This document shows positions 61,439 to 64,000 of a stretch of DNA of 64,000 nucleotides, piece after piece (position 1 is the stretch's first letter; each line of letters starts with the position of its first letter). The stretch lies in the IMG/VR virus record IMGVR_UViG_3300042507_004106. One strand, given 5' to 3'. The notes under the pieces are model-generated. The model did no database searches and was not told the origin of the DNA. It saw nothing but the letters and a program-made list of their open reading frames with translations. The translations under genes and the position numbers were made by a program. This stretch comes from a virus. Its lineage: Duplodnaviria; Caudoviricetes.

Positions 61439-61891
61439 TTAATAGGATCCTCCATCTATAACACTTGCCCAAGAGGGAATTCCTGAGCTATTGGTTGAAA
61501 GTATATAGTTTGTTTCCGATATTGCTGAAAAAGTTGATGCAGTAGAAACGAGTTGATCATTGGCATCAAAATAAGCGATTCCATATGGTTCGCCCGCTGG
61601 ATAATAAAATGATTGTCCAACAGTAAGAATACCTGTTACATTGGCGTTTCTAGCAGTAAATTCATCAAATCTTAAATCATCGCTGATATATAAATCGCCA
61701 TCAATATATACATCATTTTTAAAGGTTGCAACTCCAACAAATGTCGATATCCCACTCACATTTAATTGAGTGACGGATGCTATACCACCAATAACATTAA
61801 ATGATGTTGCAGATGAATCTGACGATCCTCCAAGACTCGAAACTACTTTAATTGTATTTTGTTGTCCAACTCTAACTTTGATATCGGACAT
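61439..61891 (-). CDS. Hypothetical virion-associated protein
   Basis: GISTFVGVATF, NVTGILT beta repeats; ends IDGGSY. Confidence 0.7.
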   Translation of the reverse strand: MSDIKVRVGQQNTIKVVSSLGGSSDSSATSFNVIGGIASVTQLNVSGISTFVGVATFKNDVYIDGDLYISDDLRFDEFTARNANVTGILTVGQSFYYPAGEPYGIAYFDANDQLVSTASTFSAISETNYILSTNSSGIPSWASVIDGGSY

Positions 61892-62232
61892 TATCGAGTA
61901 ACTCCTTCTCTTACAAGAACCATTCCTTCAATTACTCTTGTTTTTACCCCAGATTTGGTAATCACAACATCATAAACGTATCTTCCAGGTTTTAAACTTT
62001 CAGTTTGGCTGGAAGTTAGAGAAATGGTTATTTTACCCAAAGATGCTGGAGAAGAAATTAATGTTGTAAAAGTAGTTGCCGTCGAACTTCCAGCATATTT
62101 TCTCATTTGAGCAGAAACTGTATAGTCAGATAAATCAAGAGAGGAGTTTGAATCACTTTCTTCCAAATCGAATGTTTGATTAAAGTCTGCTCCAGAGTTA
62201 ACTACAATATTACTGACATATACTGCCGCCAT
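61891..62232 (-). CDS. Small Ig-like structural/adaptor protein
   Basis: SGADFNQTF, SAQMRK, LKPGRYVYDVVI, RVIEG; TATAAATA at 62263-62256. Confidence 0.7.
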   Translation of the reverse strand: MAAVYVSNIVVNSGADFNQTFDLEESDSNSSLDLSDYTVSAQMRKYAGSSTATTFTTLISSPASLGKITISLTSSQTESLKPGRYVYDVVITKSGVKTRVIEGMVLVREGVTR

Positions 62233-62258
62233 TTATCTTTTTAAGCTCTACTTTTTAT

Positions 62259-62435
62259 TTATATCTCGATAGAACCTATAGATTTAATAACCTCTTGTTG
62301 CTTTAAGTATAGTTTGCAATACATCTTTGAAAACTTTTTCAATTCTTCATGACTAAGTTCATCAATCATTCTTGAATACTTTTCAAATTCAAACATTTTA
62401 TCTATACATTCAAGTTCAATATCATTTAGATCCAT
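62259..62435 (-). CDS. Small hypothetical protein
   Basis: MDLNDIELECIDKMFEFEKYSR..YLKQQEVI. Confidence 0.7.
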   Translation of the reverse strand: MDLNDIELECIDKMFEFEKYSRMIDELSHEELKKFSKMYCKLYLKQQEVIKSIGSIEI

Positions 62436-62625
62436 TAATAATCTCCTTAAGTAATGATTTAATCTCATCAATATCTTTTTTCATTTGATCAAGCTCTCTT
62501 TTCTGAGAATCTCTATTGTTTAAACTATTTACGTACTGGGTGTATGAATAATTATCACAATTAATTATAGCACCCGAGATCTCATCGCGGTATAAGTTCG
62601 GGTGCCCTTTTACTGGTATCATCAT
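62422..62625 (-). CDS. Small hypothetical protein
   Basis: IPVKGHPNLYRDEISGAIIN, C-terminal coiled coil; ATGA-coupled. Confidence 0.75.
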   Translation of the reverse strand: MMIPVKGHPNLYRDEISGAIINCDNYSYTQYVNSLNNRDSQKRELDQMKKDIDEIKSLLKEIINGSK

Positions 62626-64000
62626 CTAATTGCAATACTCCTTAAATCTTTGAATCTTGGTGCATACGCTTGATTAGTTCCAGACATTACAATCTTAATT
62701 GTATATCCAGTGAACTCCCCAAGATTGTTAGCAGTAAAATCATATTCTAGGAACTGATTTTCCAAACTTGATGGTACAAATGTATCTGGTAATCCGCTGT
62801 TATTTGCGGGATTAATTACATCTGGATATCCATCTTGGTTAGCATCAATAGTTAGATTATTATATCCAGGGAACAATTCAAATGATTGTTCAACTTCACT
62901 AGAATCTGGTCTAATCAAACTGTATAGGACTCTAAAGTCCGCTGATGCGTGTCTGTATGCACCTATAATTACTTTCAGTGATGTTGCTGGTTGAGATAGT
63001 CTTACTGTATTTGAAACGTATACAGCAGCATGTGGATCGTCTAAGAAAGAGTTAACTCTATTATCCACAATGTAATTAGAGACTGGACTATTCAATCTGC
63101 TGCTAAGAAGTTGTGCAAAACAATTCTTCCAGAAGATCATTGGTGAAAGATTATTATCAGATGTTGATAGATTTATCTTCGCAGTAAATGATTTGTTTCT
63201 CAGTAATCCACCAAGATAAGTCTGCTCATTAACATTTGAGCAAATAATTCTTGTAGAAGAAAGTTTGTTTTCAACTCCAATTTCAACATCTTCGTATCCT
63301 TGATCTTGGAATGAAATTTCAGAACCATCCACACTTGTTCCACTTACAGATCTAATTTGTGCCGAAACTTCAGTTGACGCTCCAGGAACCAATGTTGCTA
63401 TTACGGGAATGATATTATCATATTGAATATTCTCTGTTGCCTGTACTAAACTTCCACCGCCAGAGTATTCTGCACTAAATGATAGTTGTGGTGTAGAATC
63501 TAAACTTGCGTCAGAACTTCTGTCAGTTACATTTGAATCAAAGTTTGATCTATCAAATTCAATGTAGTAACTATCAATATCATTACCAACGTCACTGATA
63601 TCATGAGTTTTATTAATTCTCCTCAGAGAAACTCCACTTACTTCATACTTGTAAACTGTAGAACCTGATGGATGATCCAGGATCAGAGTGGAATCAACTC
63701 CTCTTGTGATAGTTAAGAGCTGTCCTACACCAATACTTTCATATCTTATGATTTCATTTTCAATCTTAATATAACCTGGATTGGTAGCACTAACTATTAC
63801 TCCCTCAAATGTTGTGAAGTTTGATGTTGAAGCAACACTAACAGAAGTTCCAGTTGATTCAAGTGTTGCCGACAATGTTGTTGGGGCAACGTCTGATTCT
63901 ACATTATAAAGTGTTAGTTTATTGTTAGCTGCGTACATTCCATGATCAAAATGGTTTACTTTCATAAAGTTACCATTATAAATTCCACCTACAGCAGTTG
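62622..64000 (-). CDS. C-terminal part of a large virion structural protein (begins beyond the window)
   Basis: The frame stays open from 63965 to the window edge (..TAVGGIYNGNFMKVNH); ends EFTGYTIKIVMSGTNQAYAPRFKDLRSIAIR. Confidence 0.85.
   Translation of the reverse strand, partial: TAVGGIYNGNFMKVNHFDHGMYAANNKLTLYNVESDVAPTTLSATLESTGTSVSVASTSNFTTFEGVIVSATNPGYIKIENEIIRYESIGVGQLLTITRGVDSTLILDHPSGSTVYKYEVSGVSLRRINKTHDISDVGNDIDSYYIEFDRSNFDSNVTDRSSDASLDSTPQLSFSAEYSGGGSLVQATENIQYDNIIPVIATLVPGASTEVSAQIRSVSGTSVDGSEISFQDQGYEDVEIGVENKLSSTRIICSNVNEQTYLGGLLRNKSFTAKINLSTSDNNLSPMIFWKNCFAQLLSSRLNSPVSNYIVDNRVNSFLDDPHAAVYVSNTVRLSQPATSLKVIIGAYRHASADFRVLYSLIRPDSSEVEQSFELFPGYNNLTIDANQDGYPDVINPANNSGLPDTFVPSSLENQFLEYDFTANNLGEFTGYTIKIVMSGTNQAYAPRFKDLRSIAIR

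Noticed and set aside
1-64000. Stop-codon reassignment or programmed frameshifts
   Set aside because: Core genes translate full-length in the standard code and coding density is high. TAG is used as a true stop (gp46, 35201, 40584).

Overview
A 64 kb segment of a T4-like cyanomyovirus genome, almost entirely on the minus strand. The host is probably a picocyanobacterium, inferred from the Som-type porin, CobS-like AAA+ protein, MazG, Hsp20 and gene order. Reading in transcription order (right to left), it holds the neck/terminase/tail/head module (gp13-16, gp17-23, gp3), then uvsY-uvsW-gp55-gp47-gp46, and a MoxR/CobS-vWA pair. The replication block follows (gp45-44-dam-62-regA-hsp20-43-uvsX-41-mazG), then two tRNAs, a late accessory block, primase and class Ia RNR (nrdA/nrdB). 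It ends with a lysis region, four tRNAs interleaved with structured RNA, and a 5'-intact, window-truncated cyanobacterial porin. No introns, inteins, CRISPR arrays or photosystem genes were seen. The most interesting signals are: (1) late-promoter genes carrying T4 capsid-targeting-like N-termini or a shared helical domain, built from modules bounded by prohead-protease-like x-x-E sites, suggesting head-packaged cargo and polyproteins; these include an RlpA-like muralytic domain and a HIGH nucleotidyltransferase; (2) an 18-bp box in five copies tied to stem-loop/promoter cassettes, one apparently duplicated along with a paralogous gene; (3) start-codon-masking hairpins that a late promoter would truncate or remove, at three GIY-YIG genes and uvsW; (4) a pseudoknotted leader on the tRNA operon. 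All assignments are by eye; no database search was run.
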